Below, piece after piece: positions 30,258 to 39,390 of a DNA stretch of 64,000 bases. A program made the translations under genes and the position numbers. The DNA is from an uncultured delta proteobacterium. Lineage in GTDB: Bacteria > Desulfobacterota > Binatia > UBA9968. The stretch's first letter is position 1. Each line of letters starts with the position of its first letter. The notes beneath the pieces are model-generated. The model worked only from the letters and a program-made list of their open reading frames with translations, was not told the origin of the DNA and ran no database searches. The DNA is taken from positions 64,001 to 128,000 of the forward strand of contig CAVYTU010000014.1 of NCBI GenBank assembly GCA_963771465.1, in the 5' to 3' direction.

Positions 30258-32711
30258 CTAGAAGGTTTTCAAGAATTCGATCAACGCGCGCTTGTCGTCA
30301 TCGCTCAACGCCTGCGTTTCCTTGGAAAAGCCAGTGCCAAAGTAATGACCTTTATTGGCGACGAAGTCAGGGCACTTGCTCACTTTCAACAGATCGGGAA
30401 CCAATCCCTTAAATACTTCGGCTGCCTCCTTTTCGCTCTTGCCCTCAACCGCCTTGAGATCAGCTTTCATCCTCAGCAGCAACTTACCCAGATCGAGCTT
30501 GTTGGTATCGAGGTCGATGTTGGTCAACAAGTTCACCGGCGTCCCTTTCGGGATCGGGCCGATCTGAATTCCCTCTTCGCTGAAGAGCCAGGGAAACCAG
30601 CGGTTCAGCCAGCCGCCCCAGCTCAGCATTTTTTCCAGCAGCGGCGAGACGAAACCGGGCGCGACTTTGATATAGCTGGTTTCGGTCGTGCGAAAGATGA
30701 ATCCTGGCACCTTGTCGCCGAGAATCGGATCTTTGTCGCGTTTCTCCGGCCAGAGCATTTTCTCGATGGAGTCGTTAAACGAATCCAGACGGGAATCCAC
30801 CGACGGATTCGCGTTGAACTTGCCCACGGAGTTATTTAACAGAAACGGCGCCGTCGACCACAAGCTGATCAACGACGGCACGCGTGTATAGCCACGGCCG
30901 CCGGCGGGCATGTCATATTCCCAAGGACTGCCGTCGATGGGGTTATGCACGGTGAGCTTGCCCACCGACGGCAGGTCTTTATAAGTCTGCGACGAAAAAT
31001 TGTCCCAGATATTGCCGCCGAGCGCGTTGGTCGCTAGCGGGCTGCACGCGTTGGTCTGCAACAGCGTCACCGGGATGCGCCGCTCGGTGGACAGATAATT
31101 GTCGGCGAGAAAATCATCGGCCATGACCATGTCCGTCATCTTCTTTTTGAAGTCGTCGGTCTTGGTCCAGCCCCAGTATTGATCCCAGTTCTTGTCGTCC
31201 ACTCCGGCCGGCGCATCGGGAATCTTGCTCGAATGGCAACGCGCGCAGTTCTCGGCGAATACTACCTTGCCGCGAGTCAGCTGGGCTTTATCCTTGGATA
31301 GATGCTTTTCCCCGCCGGGCGCGTCCTTCAGCGAGTCGGGCTTGGCGGTCTTGAGAAAGAACAGCGCGACATCCGGCGTCTGTTCCTGTGTGGCGTTCCA
31401 GTAGCTGGAGTTCTTGTTGGCGTCGGCGATCTTGATCGGCGTGACTTTCTGGCCGCCCACCAGCGCGTTGAAATGAAGCAGCCATTCTTCGCTGAACAGG
31501 CCGATGTTAATATAGACTCGGTTCAAGGCGCCGAGTATCCCCACCGAGTCGGCGCCGTCTTTTAATACATGCGCCGTCCAGACTTTGTCCGGCTCTTTGA
31601 AATACTGCGACAGCGCCGCAGTGCGTTTGTAGTGCTGGAACTGTTTGTTATCGCGGCCGCCGCCGGCCAATGTTTCTTCGCCCCAACGTTCGGCGATCTT
31701 GAGCCGCGCGCCGACGTTATAAACCGCGTTCATGGTGCGCGGGTTGTTAATATAATCCGTCGATACAAACGAGGTGTCGAGCGTGCCCGGCAACGAAGTA
31801 TGGATCAGCTGGTAGATGAAATTCGCCGGGTCGTTTTCCCAAAACAGCACGCGGTCCACCCAAAAATATTGCGACCCGGGATTGGAATTGATGTTTTCCC
31901 ACTTGGGATTTTCCGGGTTCTCCGGCGGTTTCACCGGGCTTGGACCGACATGGCAAAAGCCGCAGGACATGCCGACACGATAGGGACGAACCAAATCTTT
32001 CTGGCCGTAATACTTCGGGTCGGTGTAAAATTTCTCCGCATCCCATTTCTTTTGCGCCGCCTCGTCGAAATCCGGGTTGGGAAACAAACGCAAACCGACG
32101 ATCCCGGTGGCGTAACCGTAATAAGAACCCACCGGCAGATTCTTGCCGCGCGCGCCGATCTTCACGCCGGGATACTTTTGCTCGTTCTCGAACGGATCGG
32201 CCGGGCAATCCTTGCCGCGCGTGTCGAGCCACAAACCGAACCGATCGGAACGCGGCCCGTTCGCCTTCTCGAAGCAGGGCTCGTTGACGACGCCGAGATA
32301 TTCCCAGCGTTTGTCGCGAGTCAGATGCGGCATCTTGGGGTGTGACGAGATAATTTTTAATAGATCGACGACACCGAAACTCTTGTTGACCAAGTGATCC
32401 CAGAAGCGATCGTTGCCGCCGCTCCAAACGATCCAGTTATTGCGTCCTTTGACCTCGTCGGCGGTCAGCGCAACGCCGCCGTCCATGGCTTTGAAATAAT
32501 CCTCGTCGGCCGCCGGAAAACTTTTCGCGTCGCGCCCGACTACGAGCGCTTCATCCTTCACAGTGCCAAACTCCGGCTTAGACTTACCGCATCCGGTGAC
32601 AGCCACAATCGCCAGAAAAAACAGCCAAGCTGCCGACAATCGTAAATTCATCGTCCCCAAACTCCTTCCCATACGTCGGTTCCCCATCACGGTCGAAAGC
32701 GATTTATTCAA
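30258..32711 (-). CDS. Large di-heme c-type cytochrome (RoxA/MauG-superfamily-related), probable lipoprotein
   Basis: CGFCH and CARCH; SLWSTAPFLLNNSVG; GHYFG...LIEFLKTF; lipobox-like AVTGC (start may be 32651). Confidence 0.8.
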   Translation of the reverse strand: MNKSLSTVMGNRRMGRSLGTMNLRLSAAWLFFLAIVAVTGCGKSKPEFGTVKDEALVVGRDAKSFPAADEDYFKAMDGGVALTADEVKGRNNWIVWSGGNDRFWDHLVNKSFGVVDLLKIISSHPKMPHLTRDKRWEYLGVVNEPCFEKANGPRSDRFGLWLDTRGKDCPADPFENEQKYPGVKIGARGKNLPVGSYYGYATGIVGLRLFPNPDFDEAAQKKWDAEKFYTDPKYYGQKDLVRPYRVGMSCGFCHVGPSPVKPPENPENPKWENINSNPGSQYFWVDRVLFWENDPANFIYQLIHTSLPGTLDTSFVSTDYINNPRTMNAVYNVGARLKIAERWGEETLAGGGRDNKQFQHYKRTAALSQYFKEPDKVWTAHVLKDGADSVGILGALNRVYINIGLFSEEWLLHFNALVGGQKVTPIKIADANKNSSYWNATQEQTPDVALFFLKTAKPDSLKDAPGGEKHLSKDKAQLTRGKVVFAENCARCHSSKIPDAPAGVDDKNWDQYWGWTKTDDFKKKMTDMVMADDFLADNYLSTERRIPVTLLQTNACSPLATNALGGNIWDNFSSQTYKDLPSVGKLTVHNPIDGSPWEYDMPAGGRGYTRVPSLISLWSTAPFLLNNSVGKFNANPSVDSRLDSFNDSIEKMLWPEKRDKDPILGDKVPGFIFRTTETSYIKVAPGFVSPLLEKMLSWGGWLNRWFPWLFSEEGIQIGPIPKGTPVNLLTNIDLDTNKLDLGKLLLRMKADLKAVEGKSEKEAAEVFKGLVPDLLKVSKCPDFVANKGHYFGTGFSKETQALSDDDKRALIEFLKTF

Positions 32712-32727
32712 GCATCAATCGACAACG

Positions 32728-34191
32728 TCACATCGTCTTGAGATATTCGATGAGCGCGTCTTTATCCTTGGCAGGTAGATTGGTGCCATATTCATGGCCG
32801 TGATTGCCGCTAGCGCGTTCGCTGACGTCAAATTTGGTCCCCACCCGTTGCGCTTCCGCTCCTTGGGTGACGAAACCGACATCGCCGGGATCGTAGACAT
32901 CATAACCGCGATAAAATATTTTCGGCCGTTCGGCAACGGGCTTGAGCATATCGCGCAGGGTCGGCACCGAGCCGTTGTGCAGGTAGGGCGCGCGCAGCCA
33001 AATCCCATCGAGAAAGGCGGCGATATAGCCGCTCGGCTCGATCTCAACGAGGCCTTTTCGCTCGATGCCGAAACTTTTTACCATCTTGTTGGAATCGATC
33101 GCCGCCTGTTTGCTCCAGGTCGCTAAGCGCTCTTTGTCCGTGCCAACTTCTTCCACCGGTACACGCGTGCCCGTGCGGTCGCTGCGATGACAGCTGGCAC
33201 AATTGTGATCGAATACTGTTTTGCCGGCAGCGGCTAGTTCTTGATCGATTGGAAATGGATATTTAGGCGCCGGCACTTCACTGAGATATTTTACCAGCCA
33301 ATCGACCTGGGTGAGAAACTCAGCGCGGTCTTTCGGCTCGGCGCTGAGCAGACCGAGCGCGGAGTCGATGATCACCGAGCGTGCGTCATGGCTGTCGCCG
33401 GCGAGATTCATCAGCATGCCTTTTTCTGGTTGGTACTTTTTGAGATTCCACACCGACGGCATATCCGTTGGACCGATGCTGTTATCCATCGGCGCGTTAA
33501 GCAAGAAATATTTAGTCAAATTCATCGCGTCATCGCGGCCGCGGCCCCACAGAGGGAAATCCTTATGGTAGACCCATTTGAACTGCGCCTCGCGCTCCAT
33601 CAGGCGTTTCTTGGTAATCGGAATCAGCAGGTAGCGGTAAATCAAGCGATCGAGAAACGGCAATTCGTAAACCAGCGCGATCTCGCGCATGATCTCGTCC
33701 GCATTGAAGCGCGGGTCTTTGGCGCAGTCGACGACGAAACGAAAAAATGCCTGCAGGTCAAGCGTGTGGTTGGGTCCGGTGGCGACGAAGACCGGATTCT
33801 CGTTGGGACTCTTGCGGTAGCTCGCCGTGTGGCAAGAAGCGCAGTTATTAGCGACCCGCGGAAAGCCGATGACCTTCTTGGTGAAACCGATGGGCAACTC
33901 CTGCCCTTGCTCCCACGCGACTCCTAATGATGCGTAACCGCCCGGGCCGGGAAGTTTTTCCGGAAACATCCGCGGCAGCACGAAAAATATCCAGTACGGG
34001 ATGCCGGCGTCATTTTCAGCGCCGATGGAACCGTACTTGAAGCGCATTTCCGCAGTGGCCGTCACCCAATCGGGCTGCGCTTCTTCACGGAAGAACTTGT
34101 ACCAGCCGATGGCAGCGCCGACGGCGCCGAATAGAATTAGAAGGGCGAGGCAGATTTTCCATACGGACATTTTCTTTCCCGCATCAGCCAT
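32728..34191 (-). CDS. Membrane-anchored di-heme c-type cytochrome, RoxA-like
   Basis: Two CASCH motifs, LDGIWLRAPYLHNGSVPTL, GNHGHEYG. Confidence 0.85.
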   Translation of the reverse strand: MADAGKKMSVWKICLALLILFGAVGAAIGWYKFFREEAQPDWVTATAEMRFKYGSIGAENDAGIPYWIFFVLPRMFPEKLPGPGGYASLGVAWEQGQELPIGFTKKVIGFPRVANNCASCHTASYRKSPNENPVFVATGPNHTLDLQAFFRFVVDCAKDPRFNADEIMREIALVYELPFLDRLIYRYLLIPITKKRLMEREAQFKWVYHKDFPLWGRGRDDAMNLTKYFLLNAPMDNSIGPTDMPSVWNLKKYQPEKGMLMNLAGDSHDARSVIIDSALGLLSAEPKDRAEFLTQVDWLVKYLSEVPAPKYPFPIDQELAAAGKTVFDHNCASCHRSDRTGTRVPVEEVGTDKERLATWSKQAAIDSNKMVKSFGIERKGLVEIEPSGYIAAFLDGIWLRAPYLHNGSVPTLRDMLKPVAERPKIFYRGYDVYDPGDVGFVTQGAEAQRVGTKFDVSERASGNHGHEYGTNLPAKDKDALIEYLKTM

Positions 34192-34230
34192 TTTACCTCC
34201 GTGTCATTCCCGTCAGGGCCAACCCACGGC

Positions 34231-35760
34231 TCAAAACGTTTTGAGATATTCAACCAGCGCGTCTTTTTCCGCGGGCGTCAGCTCGGTGCCGTAACCTTTG
34301 CCCTCATGCCCTTTGTTGGAATTGCCCGGTTGTTTGATTTCGTCGGTATCGTAAAGAAAATATTTCTTGCCTTGCTCCGCCGCCACATCTGCAACGAAGC
34401 CGACCCTCTTTTGATCATAGACGTCGTAACCGCGATAAAATGTCTTGGGCCGCTTATCGCTCGGCTCCAGCAAATCGCGCAAGGTTGGCACCGAGCCGTT
34501 GTGCAAATACGGCGAGCGCAACCAAAGACCGTCGAGGGGACTGTTGGCATAACCGAAGGTCTTGCGGAAATGGCTGAAACGCTCAGCGCCGTAACCGGCA
34601 AAAATTAGGTTTTGATTGACCGCGACATCGTAGGTGTAGGAATCGAGTCGGCGCGTGTCAGTCGCGATCTCGCTGATCGGCACGACTTTCCCGGCCAATT
34701 CGCCGCGGAAGTCTTTGCCGTCGGCGCCATGACAGCCGGCACAGTAATTTTTGTAGATCGGCGCACCCTGGCCGGCTAAATTTTTATCTATTTTGAACGG
34801 ATAGGGCGGCGCATCGAGTTTACGCAACCAATCGGCGACCCGTTGCAAACTGCGCCGATCGCCGGTCGGCGGCGTGATGCCGGTGCCCATCGCCGCGCTG
34901 CGATTGCGCTCCTCCAGCGAAACGTTGTTGCCGTCCCAATGTAAGTTCATTTTCAAGCTCTCGCGCTGGCCCTGGTTCCAAATCGACGGGAAATCCGTAG
35001 TGCCGATGATTTCTTGGGGCGATAATTGCTCCGGCGGAAAGCTGAAATAGACTTTCAGCGGGTTGAAGGTGTCTACTCTTCCCGGTCCCCATTCCGGCTG
35101 CTGTTTGATGAATTCGAGGCGGTCGCGCAACGTGAGCAAACGTTCGCGCATGTAGTAGATACCGTAGAATCGCAGCACCAAACGATCGATCAGCGGCGTT
35201 TTGCCGAGTCCCTCACGTTTTCGAATAATGTCGATCTGGCGCAGTATATCCTGCGGCGTGAAGCGGCGGTCTTCACCGGTGGCAAACAGGAATCGCATGA
35301 AGCCGCGGAAATCGAAAGTATTGGCCGGCATGGCGGCATAAACTTTCGGCTCGCTCTGCGGCGTTTCGCGCACCGTGCCGGCGTGGCAAAAGGCACAATT
35401 GAGCCAGACCACGTCGAAGCCTAGATAGCGGCGCTGGGACATGCCGACCGGCAGCTGTTTGCCCTTCTCGAAAACGAACCCGACCGACTGCCAGCCGCTT
35501 TTATCGCCAGGTAGCTTATCGCGAAACAGTTCTGGCAGCGCCCGCCAAATCCAGTAAGGAATGCCGAACTCATGCTCACTGCCGAGCGAACCGTATTTGA
35601 AGTGATCGAGATCGTCGCGATACTCAACCGGCCGATCGGCGCCAAAGCGGCCGACGAGCACAAGCACTACGATAGAAGCTACAGCAAGAATTATTGTAGC
35701 GGAAAGTCCGAAGCGATAAAAAAAACGCTGGGATGCCGACATCGAGTTGTTATTCTCCAT
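34231..35760 (-). CDS. Membrane-anchored di-heme c-type cytochrome, RoxA-like (paralog of 32728-34191)
   Basis: CAFCH and CAGCH, LDGLWLRSPYLHNGSVPTL, FKYGSLG and GIPYWI shared with the neighbouring gene. Confidence 0.85.
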   Translation of the reverse strand: MENNNSMSASQRFFYRFGLSATIILAVASIVVLVLVGRFGADRPVEYRDDLDHFKYGSLGSEHEFGIPYWIWRALPELFRDKLPGDKSGWQSVGFVFEKGKQLPVGMSQRRYLGFDVVWLNCAFCHAGTVRETPQSEPKVYAAMPANTFDFRGFMRFLFATGEDRRFTPQDILRQIDIIRKREGLGKTPLIDRLVLRFYGIYYMRERLLTLRDRLEFIKQQPEWGPGRVDTFNPLKVYFSFPPEQLSPQEIIGTTDFPSIWNQGQRESLKMNLHWDGNNVSLEERNRSAAMGTGITPPTGDRRSLQRVADWLRKLDAPPYPFKIDKNLAGQGAPIYKNYCAGCHGADGKDFRGELAGKVVPISEIATDTRRLDSYTYDVAVNQNLIFAGYGAERFSHFRKTFGYANSPLDGLWLRSPYLHNGSVPTLRDLLEPSDKRPKTFYRGYDVYDQKRVGFVADVAAEQGKKYFLYDTDEIKQPGNSNKGHEGKGYGTELTPAEKDALVEYLKTF

Positions 35761-35934
35761 GAGCCGTCAGCCTCCGTCGGGCGTAATACACACCTGCAAC
35801 ACACGATTACTATCACCGTCGACGATCGAACTTAGCGCTGCTCCAAGCAAATGAACCGCCGGCACTTGATCATCGCGTGGCCGTAATAGGCCAAACCGCA
35901 ACCCGTAAGACGGCCTTGCGAAGAGGAATTTAAT

Positions 35935-36378
35935 CTAATACGTCGCTTGAAATTTCAGCGCAAAATCGATCAGCCGAGTCTTGTCCCAGTAAACTTTTCC
36001 CAGGTAAAGACCGGGCTCAATCTGGCGAATCTCGTCGCGTATCCACTGCGCGACGATCGAAGTATCCGAGTAATCGAGGACGATGCACTCTTTGCCGTCG
36101 AGCCAACTCGGCCCTTTGTAGACCTTGGCAAGAATCGCATTGAGCCCGAAAGGAAGAATCTTGTTTTTCAGCACGCCTTTTTTGGCGTCGAAGACTTTTC
36201 CTTGCCAGGCGAAGTGGCTGACGAAGCGCGCGATATTCGAACTGAACGCCGTGCCGGGAGCGACGATCGCGGTGCCTTCGGCTTCGCCGTCGGGAATATT
36301 GCCCACCTGACTGTTGGTGAAAATCGAGTCAAGTTCCGCTTGGGAAAGCGTTAGGAGTTTCGCAACATCGTAGGCCAT
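35935..36378 (-). CDS. Conserved hypothetical protein heading the di-heme/GMC cluster
   Basis: GAGGAGG RBS; WQGKVF...SWLDGKECIVLDY...IRDEIRQIEPGLYLGK. Confidence 0.75.
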   Translation of the reverse strand: MAYDVAKLLTLSQAELDSIFTNSQVGNIPDGEAEGTAIVAPGTAFSSNIARFVSHFAWQGKVFDAKKGVLKNKILPFGLNAILAKVYKGPSWLDGKECIVLDYSDTSIVAQWIRDEIRQIEPGLYLGKVYWDKTRLIDFALKFQATY

Positions 36379-36580
36379 TGGAATGCCCTCCTCATTTCGC
36401 GCGACGAATTTTAACCTGAGTAAACGAAATTTGACAAAATTAATTTCACATAACCATGTGCAATTCGTCAAGAAAAATCTATGATCAATGTTCGTCAACG
36501 AAATAAAAATTGCGCCAATGGCATCCGATGCAATTGCGCAATCTCGTCGATTTTGTCAGATTAGAAACAACCGAAGTCCA

Positions 36581-36790
36581 ATGGGAACAAAAACAGCAAT
36601 CCTTTCCATCGCCGACTTAAAAAACGAGAACCTTCCCGTTCTTCGCGACGCGTTCAACGCCGTTCCCGGAGTCGTGAAGATCGATTTCAACATCGAACGC
36701 AGCGTCGCCGTCCTCGACTTCGACCCGAGCCAATCCCACATCGATGATTTTTTGCGCGCAGCGTTAAAGGCCGGATTTCAGGTGCTGTAG
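36581..36790 (+). CDS. HMA-like small domain protein lacking CxxC
   Basis: 69 aa with HMA-like pattern (AVPGVVKIDFN...AVLDFDP...LKAGF) and no cysteines. Confidence 0.6.
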   Translation: MGTKTAILSIADLKNENLPVLRDAFNAVPGVVKIDFNIERSVAVLDFDPSQSHIDDFLRAALKAGFQVL

Positions 36791-36904
36791 TACTTCGAAG
36801 GTGGAGGGTCGAGGATAGAAATTATCTATTCTCCATTTTTTCATTCTCCACTCTCGACACGAGTGTGACCCCACGATTGCGTTATCGCGATAACCTAGTG
36901 TAAG

Positions 36905-37100
36905 GGTGAGATCGGCAAACCGACTCACCGGAGGTAAAATTATTTGCGGCTCGCGTGACCTCGATGGTACTGATCAGGTAAGGTTACCGCGAGCCACGCC
37001 ATCCAACCGAGCCCATTAAGTCTGACTCCGCTCTGGCGTCAATCTCGACGCACAATTTCGAGCCCGAACGGTTTCAAACCGCGCGGGCTATTTTGTTTTC
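36905..37100 (+). ncRNA. Candidate structured RNA / leader upstream of the SBP array (family unrecognised)
   Basis: Four stem-loops, the last followed by ATTTTGTTTT; no long ORF. Confidence 0.35.
37061..37100 (+). terminator. Intrinsic terminator
   Basis: AGCCCG-aa-CGGTTT-c-AAACCG-cg-CGGGCT + ATTTTGTTTT. Confidence 0.6.
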
Positions 37101-37171
37101 TCAGAAGCGAATTCGGAAGTGGCCTTTTGTCCGCTGTTGTAAAAAGTTCACGCAAATTGGGAGAGAAGCAT

Positions 37172-37236
37172 GTGAATAAAAAACTACTGACATGGACAGA
37201 ATTCTGAAGGGCACAAAGCGCGCCGTGATCAAGTGA
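37172..37236 (+). pseudogene. Collapsed relic of an ABC_sub_bind gene
   Basis: Encodes DRILKGTK and RA-VIK* pieces matching the C-termini of the neighbouring paralogs. Confidence 0.55.
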
Positions 37237-37282
37237 TAGAGGTCAGAGATCAGAAGTCAGGTGTCGCGAGGAGAGAGATTGC

Positions 37283-38262
37283 ATGAGTAAAAGGGTAATG
37301 CGTCTTGCGGTTAGCTCCATGCTCTTCGCGCTTAGCGTGTCCGCCGAAGCGCAGCAGTCAGGGAAAATTCACCGCATCGGTTTCCTGGATGCCAGCACTG
37401 CTTCTGGTAGTGCGGCGCTCGTGGAGGTGTTCCGCGAGGAGATGCGCAAGCTTGGGTGGATTGAGGGAAAAAATCTCACCATTGAGTACCGATTTGCCGA
37501 GCAAAAGCGTGAGCGTGTCCCTGAACTTGCGACGGATCTGGTTCGTCTTAAGGTTGATCTAATTGTGGTCACAGGGGCACCACAGACGTTGGCGGCGAAG
37601 AAAGCGACTACGACCATCCCCATCGTAATGGTCAGCGTTGGCGACCCCGTGGGTTTAGGTTTGATTTCCAGCCTGGCGCGGCCGGGAGGCAATGTCACCG
37701 GCTTTGCGAGTTTATCACCCGAGCTAAATACGAAGAGATTGGAGATACTTAAGGACGCGGTCCCAAAGCTAACTCGAGTTGGACTTCTGATGCAGCAGGA
37801 AAGCGGCCTACACCAACTGAAAGAGCTTAGGGCTGCGGCTGTGGCTTTGAAGCTCAAATTGGAAGAGATAGACACTCCCTTCGACGCCAAAGGTTTGGAG
37901 CGCGCTTTTCAAACTGCAAGCGAAAGCAGGTAGGCGCAGTTATGACGCCCACCAGTCGCCAATTTTTCGCCGAACGAAAGCGGATCGTCGAGCTTGCCTG
38001 AAACACCGCTTGCCGGCTATATATTTTCAGAAGGAGTTTGTCGATGAGGGCGGCCTCATGTCCTACGGCGAGGATTACGCTGACCTGTTCCGCCGCTCCG
38101 CCCATTACGTCGATAAGATTCCTCAAGGGAACGAAACCTGCCGATCTGCCCGTACAACAGGCGACGAAGTTTGAATTCATCATCAACCTCAAGGCGGCAA
38201 AACAAATTGGTCATACGATTCCAGTCGAATTGCTCGCGCGGGCGAATCAAGTGATCAAATAA
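37283..38262 (+). pseudogene. ABC_sub_bind-type substrate-binding protein, copy 1 (frameshifted, possibly by read errors)
   Basis: [42 protein letters not shown]; +/-1 changes near 37918, 37997 and 38121. Confidence 0.8.
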
Positions 38263-38318
38263 CATGTTGGATTGAGATTGTATCTGAGGACAAGGACGTA
38301 AAGAATTTGAAGACTGCG

Positions 38319-39346
38319 ATGGGTGTTCAATCCGATTATCTAAAATCGAAAATTAAAAATCTGAAATTGGCTGGGCTTTCTGCCTCGTTATCGCCTTCGA
38401 GTATTGGCGCAGCGGCGAGGCGCAGCAGCCGAAGAAAGTTCCGCGGATAGGGTATCTATCGTCGGGCGATCCAGCTAGTGAGTCCACCCGTGCCGAGGCA
38501 ATTCGGCTGGCTCTGCGCGAGCGTGGCTACATAGAAGGACAGAACATCGCCATCGAGTACCGATATGCGGAGGGGAAGCTCGATCGGCTCCCTGAGCTTG
38601 CGGCCGAGCTGGTGCGTCTCAAGGTTGATATCATCGTGGTAGCAGGAGGGAGCCATACTGATCCGGGCGGCCAAGAATGCGACCAAGACGATTCCCATCG
38701 TTATGGCGGGCGCTGGGGTCGATCCTGTCGAGGCAGGCCTAATTGAAAGCCTTGCCCGTCCCGGCGGCAACGTCACCGGCCTTACAAACCTTGACAGAGA
38801 ACTAGGCGGTAAGCGGCTGGAGCTGTTCAAAGAAGCCGTTCCCAAACTTGCCCGTGTCGCGGTTCTCTACGATCCGGCCATTCCGGCCACTGTACGCGAG
38901 GTGAAAGAGGTTCTCCCAGTCGCGGCGCGCGCGCTGGGGTTGACTCTTCAGCCTTGGGAGGTACGAGATGCGGACGATTTCGAGAAGGTATTCGCTGCGC
39001 TAAACAAGCAGCGCCCGGATGGACTCTACGTGCTCGGCGGCCCGCTAATAAGTACTAACCAAAAGCGGATTGTGGGCTTTGCGTTAAAGAGCCGGTTACC
39101 GTCGATGTACAACAACAGAGAAGCTGTAGATGCCGGTGGGCTCATGTCCTACGGGGCGGACCAAGCGGAGAGCTACCGGCGCGTCGCATATTACGTGGAC
39201 AGAATCCTGAAGGGAGCCAAGCCTGCCGACTGCCGGTCGAGCAGCCGATGAAGTTCGAACTGGTGTTCAATCTCAAGACCGCGAAGCAGATCGGCATCAC
39301 GATTCCGCAGTCGGTGCTCTACCGAGCGGATAAGGTGATCAAGTGA
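38319..39346 (+). pseudogene. ABC_sub_bind-type substrate-binding protein, copy 2 (frameshifted, possibly by read errors; start approximate)
   Basis: [43 protein letters not shown]. Confidence 0.8.
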
Positions 39347-39390
39347 CAGAGATCAGAGATCAGGTTTCAGCAAAAGCGAGGAAAAGATTT

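Noticed and set aside
36910-36925. c-di-GMP-I riboswitch (GGCAAACC seen)
   Set aside because: The downstream GNRA-capped stem and GACGCAAAGC elements are absent; here GGCAAACC is just a hairpin loop
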